The translations under genes and the position numbers were made by a program. A model generated the notes under the pieces. That model worked only from the letters and a program-made list of their open reading frames with translations, was not told the DNA's origin and searched no databases. DNA of 44,378 bases, counting the filler, from Catajapyx aquilonaris (lineage: Eukaryota), in the NCBI GenBank assembly GCA_000934665.2. It is 2 parts of 2 records of this genome, joined end to end, with 100 filler letters (N's around TTAATTAATTAA, not from the genome) between each part and the next. Parts side by side here need not be neighbours in the genome. Positions count along the whole stretch, not along the records: positions 1 to 22,251 come from JYFJ02005931.1; positions 22,352 to 44,378 come from JYFJ02005932.1. The stretch is one strand, 5' to 3'. Below, one piece after another: positions 12,377 to 24,160 of the stretch. Positions within the stretch are counted from its first letter, which is position 1. Each line of letters begins with the position of its first letter.

Positions 12377-13686
12377 GCCACCTCACATTTTTTTTATTCG
12401 ACTGAAAATTGGCACACATGATCGCTAAGTAGTGTAATGCCTGATTTTTCGGGTCCCTATAGAATTAAAGGAGGTCAAGGTAAAAAAAAATTATTTGAAG
12501 TAAAGCATGTCACTCTATTTCTTTCCACAGCTTGGGAACTATTAGTTTTATCGCGACGTTTCATATGCCTATCGAATCAGAATAGTCCTGGAATTCATAA
12601 TGCATGCACTAAAATATTAGAATTTTTTTAGACAATGTATTTGTGAGGTCAATTAAGTTATTTGGCCTTTGACCTCGAACAACCTGACGAAAGCAACGAA
12701 CTTCATATTTAGTACAATGCAATGTAAGAGTGAACTATTCCCTACAATATATTTTCTGAAGAGATTTCCTTGCAATCTCTCTTATGTTTCCGAGAGAAAA
12801 ATCCCGAACATCATGACAGTTGCAATGGAATTTTCCACTTTCCAAACAAATCCGTGCAAGGTTTGGCTTGGGACGGTTTTAACTTTCCGAGAAAAAAAAT
12901 CTCACATATACGACAGGTATACATGGAATTTTTTGTATTGAAAACAAAAGAAAATCGGAAGTATAGTAATTTTAAATTCTTTTTTGTATTGATGCTACGA
13001 TGCCCTGCAGGCCTACTAAAGATCCAGCTTGTATATTCTGGCAGATTATTCTTAATTTTAATTTATTATCGAGGCATAAGGCTCAAGCTTGGAAAATGGG
13101 AAATTATATGTACCTGTCGTATGTGAGATTTTTTTCTCTCGGAAAGTTAAAACCGTCCCAAGCCAAACCTTACACGGATTTCTGGACAATGTTCTGCTGT
13201 TATGGTGTACTAAATATCAAGCTCCTAGCTGCTGTCAGATTCTCCAGGAATGAGGTCCAAGTTTGGAAAATGGGAAATTCCATTGCAACTGTCATATGTT
13301 CGAGATTTGTTCTCTCGGAAACTTTCAGAAAGCGCAAAAAACTCTTTTCACATTGTACTAAATATGAAGTTCGTAGCTTTCGTCAGGTTGTTTGAGATCA
13401 AAGGCCAAATAATTGACCTCACAAATACATTGTCTAAATATTTTTTGTTCAAATATTTAGTGCATGCATTATGAATGCCGCGACTATTCTGATTCGATTA
13501 GCATATGAAACTTCGCGATAAAACTAATAGTTACCAAGCTGTGAAAAGAAATAAAGTGACATGCTTTGCTTCAAATAATTTTTTGACTTTGACCTCCGTT
13601 AATTCTATAGGGACCCGAAAATCAGGCATTACACTATACTTTGGTATCAGTGATCAGTCAAATGAAAAAAAAATGTGGGGTTGCCT
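12377..13686. mobile_element. Foldback element with ~560-bp inverted arms
   Basis: ~12377-12935 is the reverse complement of ~13103-13686, e.g. tagtgtaatgcctgatttttcgggtccctatagaattaa / ttaattctatagggacccgaaaatcaggcattacacta and gtttggcttgggacggttttaactttccgaga / tctcggaaagttaaaaccgtcccaagccaaac. Exact ends uncertain. Confidence 0.85.
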
Positions 13687-13832
13687 TCTGCCGATTTTTT
13701 TGTTGAACTCTCCTGGAATTTCCCCGTCAAGTATTGACACGTGGGTTTTTTCTTATGATAAGAAATAAACGCCGAACAAGGGAAAAATCCACGAAATGTT
13801 AAATATGTCGCCGAATTATATATATATATATA

Positions 13833-14218
13833 CAAGGTGGTCCAACTTCAAGCGTCGTTTTATAACGGCGATTAATAGCAGTGCGTTTGCGATGACGCAG
13901 CAGCTACGTGTAAAATGGCCCACTTTGGCGCCATCGAAAATATTAGCTGCCAATAGCAGCACACATGTAATGAACCCTGCTGCTGGGTTGACCTGGAAAA
14001 AAGTAGGTGCACACATGACCTGAGATGCGCCTGGGTGAAATGGGTGACGCCCAAGGCACCAGATGGACCTGTAATGCAAGGGGGAAGCCTGCAAACGAAA
14101 CACAGCTAATATTTCCGATGGCGCCGAAGTGGGCATTTTACACATCGCTGCTACGTCAATCGTTAAGCGCTTCTATTAATAGCCGTTATAAAACGACACT
14201 TGAAGTTGGACCACCCTG
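13833..14218. mobile_element. Tc1/mariner-type MITE
   Basis: ~115-bp TIRs caaggtggtccaacttcaag... / ...cttgaagttggaccaccctg, inserted in a (TA)n tract. Confidence 0.85.
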
Positions 14219-14889
14219 TATATATATTTAAATTTCCGTCATTTTCCTCCCCACAATCGCGATTATAGCGAGGAAAGTGACGGATTTACGTTACCGTATA
14301 TGCTGAAAAGCGTTAAAAGCGGGAATCGATATAAACGGGAAAATTCATCATTGGGCCATGGGGCTGACCAAGAGACCGGAAAAAGGGCGTTATATGCGAG
14401 AGCGTTATGTCGAGATTTTACTGTACTTGTAGTCAAAATCAATTGGCATAATAATTTCAGTTTAGTAATTTGCAAGGAGTCTACATCGCATCGGTGACAC
14501 CTTTTAACCTTTCGACCCACTTTGTACAGTATATCAATCGTTTGCTTTATATACCTGTCAGAAAAATTAATATAGCCTATCTCATGAAAACCTGTTAACA
14601 TGTCAGAGTGTTAGTCAGTATAACTACAGTACTAGCAGTACAGTAGTACAGTATTAAGATGTCTTTCAACAGTGTTAGTGTTCAGTTTTTTTTCCGATAG
14701 CGGATATTACAATGTGATTTTCTGGAACTTCTGGGAAATTAATCGGGCTGAAGATGAGCTTGATCCAGCGAAATCTAACGTTTGCTTTGGTTCCTTGAAT
14801 GAGTCCCACACCTTTCTTACTCTCCTCCCCACTATTTTGACCCAAATGAACCCTACCATATACCCAGTACTGTACAGCAGTACATTGGT

Positions 14890-15232
14890 ACACTCGTACA
14901 CAGTATAGGCTACGTAGCTCTCCGACCTTGCAAGTTAAAATGCGGTGCCACTGAATTGTTGGGAAGTCACTTGAACTTACCCCTGATAACAAGTTATCCA
15001 ACATTACAGTTTCGGAACTGCTGGGCAGCAGCTGCTTGGTTGAGGAGGAGGTCGGCAGCTATGAGGCGCTGTTGTATAGGCGCGGTTCGGAGTTTTAAAG
15101 TTACATTATCGGTATCAAAATTTTTAAGAGGGTCAGAAATGACTAGAAATCGATTAAGAGTGTCCTCCCTAGGGAATCTCCCCTTCCCCCCTAAAAGCGC
15201 CCATGGCCCTATCACGGGGTATTACAACAAAA
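14890..15232 (+). mobile_element. 5'-truncated, decayed LINE (I-group-like) 3' end
   Basis: Frameshifted HSIG/LRSSPT...KCGATE resembles the C-terminal zinc-knuckle region of I-group ORF2, then VSKFLRGSE, then 3' tail ccccctaaaagcgcccatggccctatcacggggta and an A-rich end. Confidence 0.45.
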
Positions 15233-17959
15233 AGAGTGTATATGAATGGGCTGCATTATAATACTGTAATAGGCCTGCAATTTGCATTCATTGCTGCAGA
15301 GATGTGATGCGACTCGTTCAGCTATTCATTCTTGCGAGGTGTGAATGGTCTTCAGATGAGAGGATGACAAAGTGCAGATAACATGCATAACTTCGGTCGT
15401 TTTAGCAGGAACATATGTAGGACCAAGTTGGCGACTTGTCTGACTTTGGACTCCTTCCAGAAAGTTTGGCACAGGCAATGCAGATTTCTATTTAAAATGA
15501 CTTATAATTTTTTATTGGGTTTTCTACCTTACTGGTTATCTGTATTCTGTGATCCTGAAGTAGAGTATATTCGAACATGACTTTGTGACATATTTGTAGG
15601 CATACAGGACATCAGTATTATGTATTTGAAAATAAATATGCAACTACTAGCATTTTATTGAAGTTATTTTAGGATTTTACTGCAGATTATAGCTTCTTAA
15701 AAATATTTTCTCATCCGTGTGGCTTGTAATGTTGCAAGTCAGGACTGTAAGTATAGGAACCACCTGTGGGTTGTAACATAAGCTACTTTGTAGCAAAGAC
15801 TATGAAAGCTCCTAGAGAAACTGTTGAAGCTTAGATACTTCCGACACCCAGCTGTATTTGGATGTCCTCATGAAGTTGTGAAGTCAATTACAATCCTTAG
15901 CATTCTGGCTTATCCGGAAATATTTGCCTCCTACCTCTCCGGTAGTCTTTGAATGATGAGAAGAAAGGAAGAGAAAAAAGAAGGAAAAGAAAATTCCCTC
16001 AGGAATTCCGCATGGGTTGAAAGCACAGCCAGAGTCCACACTCCTTTTTCCCAATTAGGAAACCAACTAACGACTTCAAGATTGAAACCACAGACAATTT
16101 TATAATCTCCCCTCGACGTTTTCATAAGCTTTAATGACATTAATTACATCTGGAGGCAGAGCGCTCGACACCGCTATTCACCATTCACTTTTGAAGAATT
16201 GGCCTTCCCTCCCTTTTTCTTCTGGCATTTTCCCGGGAGACCGGGATATCATCTTCTAATGACTTTCTCTCTTGTCACAGTTCAATAGATGGTGGGATGG
16301 AGGAGAGAGAGGAATGCCATCATCACTCCATTTCTATCCTCCTTATTCCCCACTTCCTCACCAATTTCCCATTCCATTCTTTTCTTTTCTCGGCATCTTG
16401 GCACACAAGACGTGACCATACACATAGTCTCCACCAAGTGCTTTTATCCACTCCAAAACGTCTTTTTTTTTGCACCTAGCGCTTCTGTGCCAATCACACT
16501 GCATTGGGTTGCAAGGAGGAAATGGAAACTCAATTTCCAATGTCACGATTCTTTCGCGATGCTAATGTAAACAGGGCTCCATTGCAGCGAGTCAGTATAT
16601 ATTTTTATTTATTTAGCTTACATTTTTCATCATTATTCTACCACTCAGAATGGTGATGAAGCAGGTAATGCGGATTAACTCACACACACACATACAAATG
16701 CAACATTAGAGTCATAAACAACTCTGTATAAACCCCTATCAACCGCAATCCAGACAATGCCATCCAGTCACTAGATAATATAAACTATGTTACTATTCTA
16801 TCACATCAGTTCACATGAGACTAATAGGGACAGCATTTGACATGACACATATACATCCAATATGAATGTCCGTATAGATACATGAGGAATGGAATGGAAG
16901 CATGAAGCACGACGCAATGGGAAATATTAGTTTTCCCATCAGAAAGCGAGAACAATATTCAGGGACTTCTGATTGGATGATAACATTTTCCACTGGCATC
17001 TTACGTCTAATTTTTCCCTACATGCCATGTAACATGGATAGCTTTCAACTCGTGGCAATTGTTCGTCCACATCGCTTAGCAAGTCAATAATCAAAATGAA
17101 ATGGCATAAACAAACACTATAATACAGTATTTTACAGAGCACATACCCTTAATCAACTTACGCCATGTATTACGCTACACCTATGTGACCTATCCTAACA
17201 AGGAGACAGCCGTCAAGAGCAGAACAGTTTAGACGAGTTCTCGTCTTTACTGGTAGCCTGGCTAATATAAATGCAAGAAGAATGCTTTAACCAAAAGAAA
17301 CTTATAAATTTAGAAGTCGGAATGGACCATTTGGCTGGCTGCATAGACAAATAGGTTTTTAATTTAGAGTCACTGTTTTTGGATAGGGACCAAGAAAGTC
17401 ACCAGGAAATACTTCATTCAAATATATTTCAAACACTTTATTCAAATTTTATGCTCCTAGTCGCAATTTTCTTAAGGAAGAGAGTTTACTTCCTAAACCC
17501 ACAAAAACTAGAGCAAACCATATCTCTCTCTGGGAAAAATCAGTGTACGGTTTTACACGGAACTGAAAAATCAAGGAAGGGAAGTACTTGTATATACAGT
17601 ACAATATTTGAGGCAGTATGTTGTAGAGTGACATCAAATCTCTTGATGCTGCAATAATATCATAACGATAAAAAATTTATTACACATTTTAACAGTGCCA
17701 AAGCTAAAAATACAACATTAAGAGACTTGAATAAATGGCCACACAATCAGTGCCGATGATATTCTGGAGCACGGGGTAAATGCGTTAGAGAAATCCAAAT
17801 GAGGAATCTTAGAATGACATCTAATGAATCGTGGTAGTGTTTTTAAAATGACTTTATAGTTCTCAGTGGGTGGATGGCACACCTGCCGCTAACGAGGCAC
17901 CTAATGTGAACAAACCATATTTTAACACCAATATTAAGAGAATCATTATTATGAGACAC

Positions 17960-18602
17960 TGTGACGTGTGGATGGAGAGGAAGGGGTTGGGAACGGGAGG
18001 GTAAGGAGTGGTTGGTAAGGGACGCGTAGGTCAGGCACTCGGTTATCAAATAAGACGGCGCGGCGGCAGGCTGTAAATGGTGGCTTTATTTCCAAAAATA
18101 ATTATTAATAGCAGAGCTATCTTCAACTTTGCCCACCCGGGAATCCTGCCGCTGTCGCTTCTACTCACACACTCTTCCTCTGGACCTGGGCTTCTCTTCC
18201 TTGCTCTGAGGACTGGCTGCGTCGCCTATCCTCTGGGGCCGACCTCTCAGCAGCTCTCCGGAGCCGCCTCTCGACCAGGGGTTCCTCTTCTCTGACTCTG
18301 GGGTCGACTCCTTGTAGGTCCCGGGTCACCTCTGAACCCGAGCTACTTCCTCCGGACTCTCTGGACCGCTCTGGACTGATTGACCCAGGCTTGTTTCTAT
18401 TTCCTCCCCTTTTTGTCTAGTATTAATATCATTATCTCTCTTCCAGCTCATCCCTCCTTATCGACTCATTTTCTTCTGGTTGAGGCTGTAACTCACTGTC
18501 CCCCTGGACTTGTGTGCAATCTTGGCCTTATCCATCTTCTTACTCATTTTAACGTGGCTTATGGCTCACTCCTGATATGGTGACCATATGCCTCTCATCA
18601 CA
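17960..18602. mobile_element. Possible solo LTR
   Basis: TGTGA...TCACA termini with a short imperfect inverted repeat, GC-richer interior with ctctgg/ggac subrepeats, minus-strand AATAAA near 18083. No TSD found. Confidence 0.3.
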
Positions 18603-18826
18603 AAATTATCTCTAAAGATAGTGTCGATTCATCTTTTTATAGAGGGTGTATCCTACTGCAATGTAGTAGGCCTATGTCATCCGGTCTGCAGCGCACACGT
18701 TGGCCTAAACCAAGTCGAAAATATATTGAAAAGAAATGACGAAGGATCAACCGGTAACGAGGTAGATGACCTGACACATTGGCCTGACCCTAGATACAGA
18801 GGACGGTACACTTTGTGTGCGCAATA

Positions 18827-19159
18827 CAGGGTGTTTCAACTTTTTTTTGTCCGAACAGCTATCGGAAAATTGTACGTAGCTGCTACTTTGTAAGCAGTGA
18901 CTTGCAACCGGTGATTTGTCGGAGGAATGGGGGATGGGGAAAGAGAGGGTCACACATCCCATGACATGTGTGCCCCTATTTTTTCCAGGCTTGACCCTCA
19001 ATTTTCAGCGGGCAACACGTATGCCACTTCAACCTACGATTCGCAGGAAATATTCCCCGTTCCTCCGAAAAATCACCGTTTGCAAGTCACTGCTTACAAA
19101 GTAGCAGCTACGTGCAATTTTTCGATAACTGTTCGGACGAAAAAGTTGAAACACCCTTG
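18827..19159. mobile_element. Tc1/mariner-type MITE
   Basis: ~105-bp TIRs ta|cagggtgtttcaac...gctgctactttgtaagcagtgacttgcaa / ttgcaagtcactgcttacaaagtagcagc...gttgaaacacccttg. Confidence 0.85.
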
Positions 19160-20006
19160 TTCTATAGCCTACCTTTGTCATGTTACGTGATCACAGTTTT
19201 GATGAATACGACAACTTGTCTAAAATTTAAATTCCACTCTAGCCAGTGCAAGATTTCTTAGCCCTCCACACAAAATATTCCTCGTTGGCGACATTCCGCC
19301 CCCCACCCCACCCCCTCTATTTGAGTCACTTTTAACACTTGTTATCACAGCCTAATAATCTGGCCGTGCAATTTGTTTCCAGCAGCAAGAGTCAAAGGAC
19401 AGCGCGAATATTCCGTGCAGCTTTTGCAATTATCTAATGAGCCTGTTTTCGCGCGTCACACGGCAGGAATTCAAATACGCCTTGGTGCTCCTGGACTACT
19501 AATAGAGTAACCAAGCTCTCTTGAGAGGCCTGCGGAAACTTCCATTCGGCTATAATCACGTAGCCTCGCCACCATTTCAAAATGCATGCCCCCGCGCCAC
19601 CCCCTAACCCATTGGTCTCCCTGGTGTCCCCCCTCCACTGGATCGTTGACGTCTACAAATAATCTATTCTCTCTCTCTCAGTTGAATGTCCGTCAGATTT
19701 TGCATGGAAATAGACGGCTGGAGTCCGTTTCCGCAGACTGCCCCTAGCTATTTACTGGCGAAATGCTGCAAAGTTTCATTATACAGTTTGAACTCGCATG
19801 CAATCAAGTGCGATGGAATTATTAATTAAAGCTATAGTACCTGCTGTGTATTAACCTACCCGGTGAGAAACCACTGTGTGGGAGGTGAAGACGGGGAAGG
19901 TGTGGGTAGGATATCGCCACGGCTGTGATGACTCGTAGGGCTCAGAAATTGCTGCGGTATTAAGGAGAAAGCTGTGTAGCCAAATGTGGTTTTAATAATA
20001 TTTGTC

Positions 20007-20260
20007 CAGTCGCCAGCACAATATTAGGGTACCAGGTTTATCCTGAATGGTAGGCCAACCGTACCATCTCGACGAGTACAAACAGGCTTGGAAATTAAAA
20101 CACTAGGTGTGGTGAATCAGGTGTGTGATCAGGTGTCGGAAGGCTGCGAGAGTTGTGTGTATTTCCAAGCCTGTTTGGTCTCGACAAAGTTGTACGGTTG
20201 GCCTTACTATTCAGGATAAAGCTGATTCAGGTCTCATACCCTAATTTTTTCTGGCGACTG
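20007..20260. mobile_element. Tc1/mariner-type MITE
   Basis: Ends cagtcgccag / ctggcgactg|ta; internal inverted matches tttatcctgaat, ggccaaccgtac and caaacaggcttggaaat. Confidence 0.8.
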
Positions 20261-22251
20261 TACAGTACTCGGTATTTACATGCACATAGATAGTAACTAC
20301 ACTGTATAGTTAATTAGTTATAACTTAGTATTCCAGGTTTTGTAACAGTGCAGTGTTGGCGTTTTGTTACATGTAACATCTCGTAACTCCCGCTGAAAAT
20401 TATATGGAGAACTACTGTTCCTTATCACACACTGGAGCTGGATTCATAAGCTGCTAATAAAATTGCCTTTTGGTGCATTTGGACGATATGGTCGATATCC
20501 ATAACTTCCAATGAAGGGCTGCCTTTTGTGAATCTTCTAATCCAGGAGTCAATTTTAACGAGAAGTTACAATGTGAGCATATTTTTTTCCGGAAATGTCA
20601 GCTGAGAATTACACAATATCACCATCATTCAAATAGTCTGCAACATGCTGGCGTCATTGTTTTATATCCGCAGCCCCATGTGATGCACATAAATGCATAT
20701 ACCATTATATAGGCAATTTGTGGTGTTCAATTTGTTATTCAGAGCGTTTTTTAAAATCGCATTATTAGGTTGAACATGCATTATTATGAAGTGGTCAATA
20801 GAATTTGAAACGGAACTTGGTTTTGGTTCAGTTGAAATAGAGCAATATGGCGGGAATGCAACCGCGAACGCACATTTGACAAAAACCTCGCACGTCAATA
20901 ATAGCCAGTTACATTCCAGCATTATGTGCGGTTGATGTCAAAATAGATAGTCCTCTGGTGATCCCGCTTTGTGTTTTACTGGGTAATTGACATTACAAGG
21001 ATTAATAACTAATATGTAAATTAATATCCACGATTTATGTTTAAACATACATTATTATTATTGCTGTTGTTGTTGCTTCTGTGGGGGTTCATAGACTGCA
21101 TTGTTTTGGAAGTGTGCTGGCAACAACTTGATGCAAGATCTAGTGGATAAGCCTGTGTGGCAAGGCGGACAACAGTGAGATGCTAGCCAAACTTCATCGG
21201 GCCTCTCTTTTGCAGAAACAATGGTATTGAAGCGGTGGAAAATTTCCAACAATGGAGGAGCCACATTAATCCTACCAGGTAGTGGTGTACACGGATAACC
21301 ATGCATAGTACAGTGTACTTAATCGCTTCTGCAGGCGGAAGGGGGAAGTGCTATGACTGCATAGCGTAATATTTATGAGCGCGCGGTTTTAAGGGGTTTT
21401 GTGCGAAGTATAATGGACCATTTAAGCGCCTAAGCCCACTAACGTCAACCGATGGGACTTGGTTGTGACAAATTAATAATGCAGTCGGAGGGGCAGCATG
21501 TGTGAAGGAAGTCACCATGGCAGCGGATTTTTGTGCGCGCCTATGTGATTTACGGATACGAGATTTAGGACTGCAAAAATTATCAGCATCGGGACGAATG
21601 GCAAAATAGCACTATACCTCATGGCTGCTGTAGTGTTTTTGTGCTGAAGTATTATTTCCCTACATAGTTGAAGGTGAATAACTTAATGTCCAGATACATG
21701 TGAACTGCTGTTCTAGTATTCCAAAACTAACTGGGTAATTTTTAGAGCCTAAATGAGAGTTATGGCCATGTTTCCTAATCTTCGTTTACAGGAATAGGGT
21801 TTTAACAACGCATTCTCATTTGCATTATTATATTGCGAAACTGAGCAAAATTGTGAGTGGACACTATAAACACGAGGAACGTAATATTCGCGTAACGTTA
21901 AACAGATTTCGTGTGAATGCTAAAGTGCATATGGAAAATGCTAGTGAAGTTACCCACACTGGCTAATGACTATATAATGTAACTATGTGCAAAACACCTT
22001 AAATTTTGCACCGGAAGTGTCACGTATATAACTCTATAAAAAGTCTGATTGAATCATTGACTTTTAAACAGGATTATTACAGCGTTTCTTGCTACAATCA
22101 TCTGCATTAGGGTGCACCATTATTGTCTGCCTGACCAACCAGTGAAATTGTGATATAGTCCAGGCAATGAAGGGGGTGTAGACGGAAATGACGGGACGGC
22201 AAGAATTGACCTCAGGGATTTGTTTGGACTAGTTAGGAGGTAAACATACTA

Positions 22252-22351
22252 NNNNNNNNNNNNNNNNNNNNNNNNNNNNNNNNNNNNNNNNNNNNTTAAT
22301 TAATTAANNNNNNNNNNNNNNNNNNNNNNNNNNNNNNNNNNNNNNNNNNNN
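22252..22351. other. Artificial assembly spacer (N44 + TTAATTAATTAA + N44)
   Basis: Exactly 100 nt and symmetric; the central 12-mer (22296-22307) gives stop codons in all six frames, as in standard contig linkers. Confidence 0.95.
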
Positions 22352-22459
22352 CAAATGACCAAAATTTGAACACCTACCTTGCTTCCCATGTCAACAATGG
22401 ATAATCTCCAAACCCATCCTCTCACTCTGCCTCTGCCCCCAACCCACCCATTCTTGTAG

Positions 22460-22591
22460 GTGGAGGCGCCCCTCAAGCCGAAAGTTCGTCGCCCAGGCGA
22501 CACAAGCCAGTTCAGCCATTTTGAGGAGGACCCCCGTCTCTTCCAAGTTTCACCAGTGGACCGGTTCGCCCGAGAATTTGAGGACTTCTAG
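22460..22591 (+). CDS. Pka-C1: PKA catalytic subunit, alternative (diverged) terminal exon A
   Basis: Acceptor ttcttgtag|GTG; encodes VEAPLKPKVRRPGDTSQFSHFEEDPRLFQVSPVDRFAREFEDF*. Same phase, same VEAP start, PGDTS motif and terminal FxxF as the canonical exon at 24035. Upstream exons are not in the window. Confidence 0.75.
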   Translation: MEAPLKPKVRRPGDTSQFSHFEEDPRLFQVSPVDRFAREFEDF

Positions 22592-22740
22592 CGAAATTTA
22601 CAAACTGACTCTCCCCCCCTCCATTGCCATGCCCAAACCCCCCACTTGCACCCCCTAGTGTCTCCTCCCCCCTTGAACCCTACCATCCCTCTTTTTTTTC
22701 TCTCTTCAAACCTGCCACTGCCTAAATTATCAATGCCGAC

Positions 22741-22840
22741 TACTAACTACTACTACTACTACTCCTACTCCTACTACTACTCTACATGTACTGCTACTAC
22801 TACTACTACTACTACCACTACCACTACTACTGCTACTACT
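22741..22840. repeat. Imperfect (TAC)n microsatellite
   Basis: Directly visible. Confidence 0.9.
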
Positions 22841-24034
22841 GTACAATCCCCTGCATGCTCCACTGCCCAAGGGTAGGTAGCGGGAAGGGAGGGTTTCTTA
22901 TTTCAATCTATTTACTATAAAGTTTTTCCAATTTTCATGGGATTGTTATGTTTTGCTACTGCTGCTCATTTTGTTGCTGCGCTGCATGTGTACTAATTTA
23001 GTTTATAGTGCTTCAATGCTAACGTGTTGCTCTTTACAGTGCTGTTCGTGGTGTTTTATATGAATATGCGGTGTTGTTTTGGACACCTTTTGTGTCACTT
23101 GTAACCTGATAAGATGTCACTTATATGATGTAATCTACTCCATTTGACCTTTGATGACATTGCCATTTGTTTGCTTCATATGCCAAATGTCTCTGCTTTT
23201 TGTAGGTTGAAATAAGTGGCGATGTTTTCATTGGGGCAATATCACAAACCTGAGGTGAACTGGAGTGGTGTGCATCCCTACTGATTGGTGATCATAAATA
23301 ATATTTTGATTCACCATTGGAATCACACGCAAGATGTATTCATCCAGATGTGCTGCAAATAGTTGTAATAAGTATCTATGCATTGATGTGGAGGAATGTA
23401 AATGGAGAAATTACAGTAACTGATCATTGATTACATGGCAAAGGGCATTTACAGTGTGGGTAAATATTTTGAACAGAGTCCTATCAGCATATGAGTCATC
23501 TAAGTTGGGGTATGCAAAACAGGTATCAATCAAGTCATACATGATTTGCATTTGGGAACCAAAAGTGACAAGCTGAATGTAACTATCAGGACTTGGCACA
23601 TACCACAGCTTAGCAAAATTTGTATTATAAAGGACCTGAAAGGACAAGAAATTAATGCGACAAATTAACTGGAAGAGATCCGTGAGATGAATGAACAAAA
23701 TATTGTATCATTATGACAATGCCCAGCAGTTTGTTGCCGTTGGAATTTTAATTTCTCAGTGTGTGACCGGCATACACTTTGTTACGTAGCACATATTTTT
23801 TTTAAAAAAACAAAAAAAACACATTTACAAAGATGCCCAAGTCACTACGTTATGAATTGCCACACACACTCTATGTGTGACGACTTGTCACAGTATATTT
23901 GAGCCTTCACTGTGCTCTGAAGGTTTGCATGCTTTTTTCTTCATGCCATAACTTGTACAGAAGTTCTAATTGAGTTTTCTTGCTTCTCCCCCACCCTCTT
24001 CTTTTCCACATTTTATTTGGTATGATCCCCCCAG

Positions 24035-24160
24035 GTGGAGGCACCATTCATCCCCCGCTGCAAGGGGCCTGGCGACACAAGCAATTTCGACGATTATGAG
24101 GAGGAAGCCCTGCGCATATCGTCTGCTGAGAAGTGTGTGAAGGAGTTTGCTGACTTCTGA
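24035..24160 (+). CDS. Pka-C1: cAMP-dependent protein kinase catalytic subunit, canonical terminal exon B (partial gene)
   Basis: Acceptor ccccccag|GTG; encodes [41 protein letters not shown], the PKA-C tail (FDDY motif, Ser338 equivalent, terminal FxxF). Followed by ~2 kb of 3'UTR-like sequence. Confidence 0.93.
   Translation: MEAPFIPRCKGPGDTSNFDDYEEEALRISSAEKCVKEFADF

Larger units (their letters stand above)
11880..14423. mobile_element. Non-autonomous pogo/Tigger-like element carrying two nested insertions
   Basis: Left end ta|caagtataacctcgatataacgc; right end gcgttatgtcgagattttactg|ta (revcomp tacagtaaaatctcgacataacgc). Subterminal gcgttatatgcg repeats at both ends; TA TSD. Confidence 0.7.

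Noticed and set aside
12437..14231. Many overlapping ORFs in the foldback/MITE cluster
   Set aside because: No transposase motifs; they are by-products of inverted repeats.
23147..23256. Box C/D snoRNA candidate (TGATGA...CTGA) in the PKA intron
   Set aside because: The C box lacks the leading purine, the terminal stem is only 3 bp, and I see no convincing rRNA guide.
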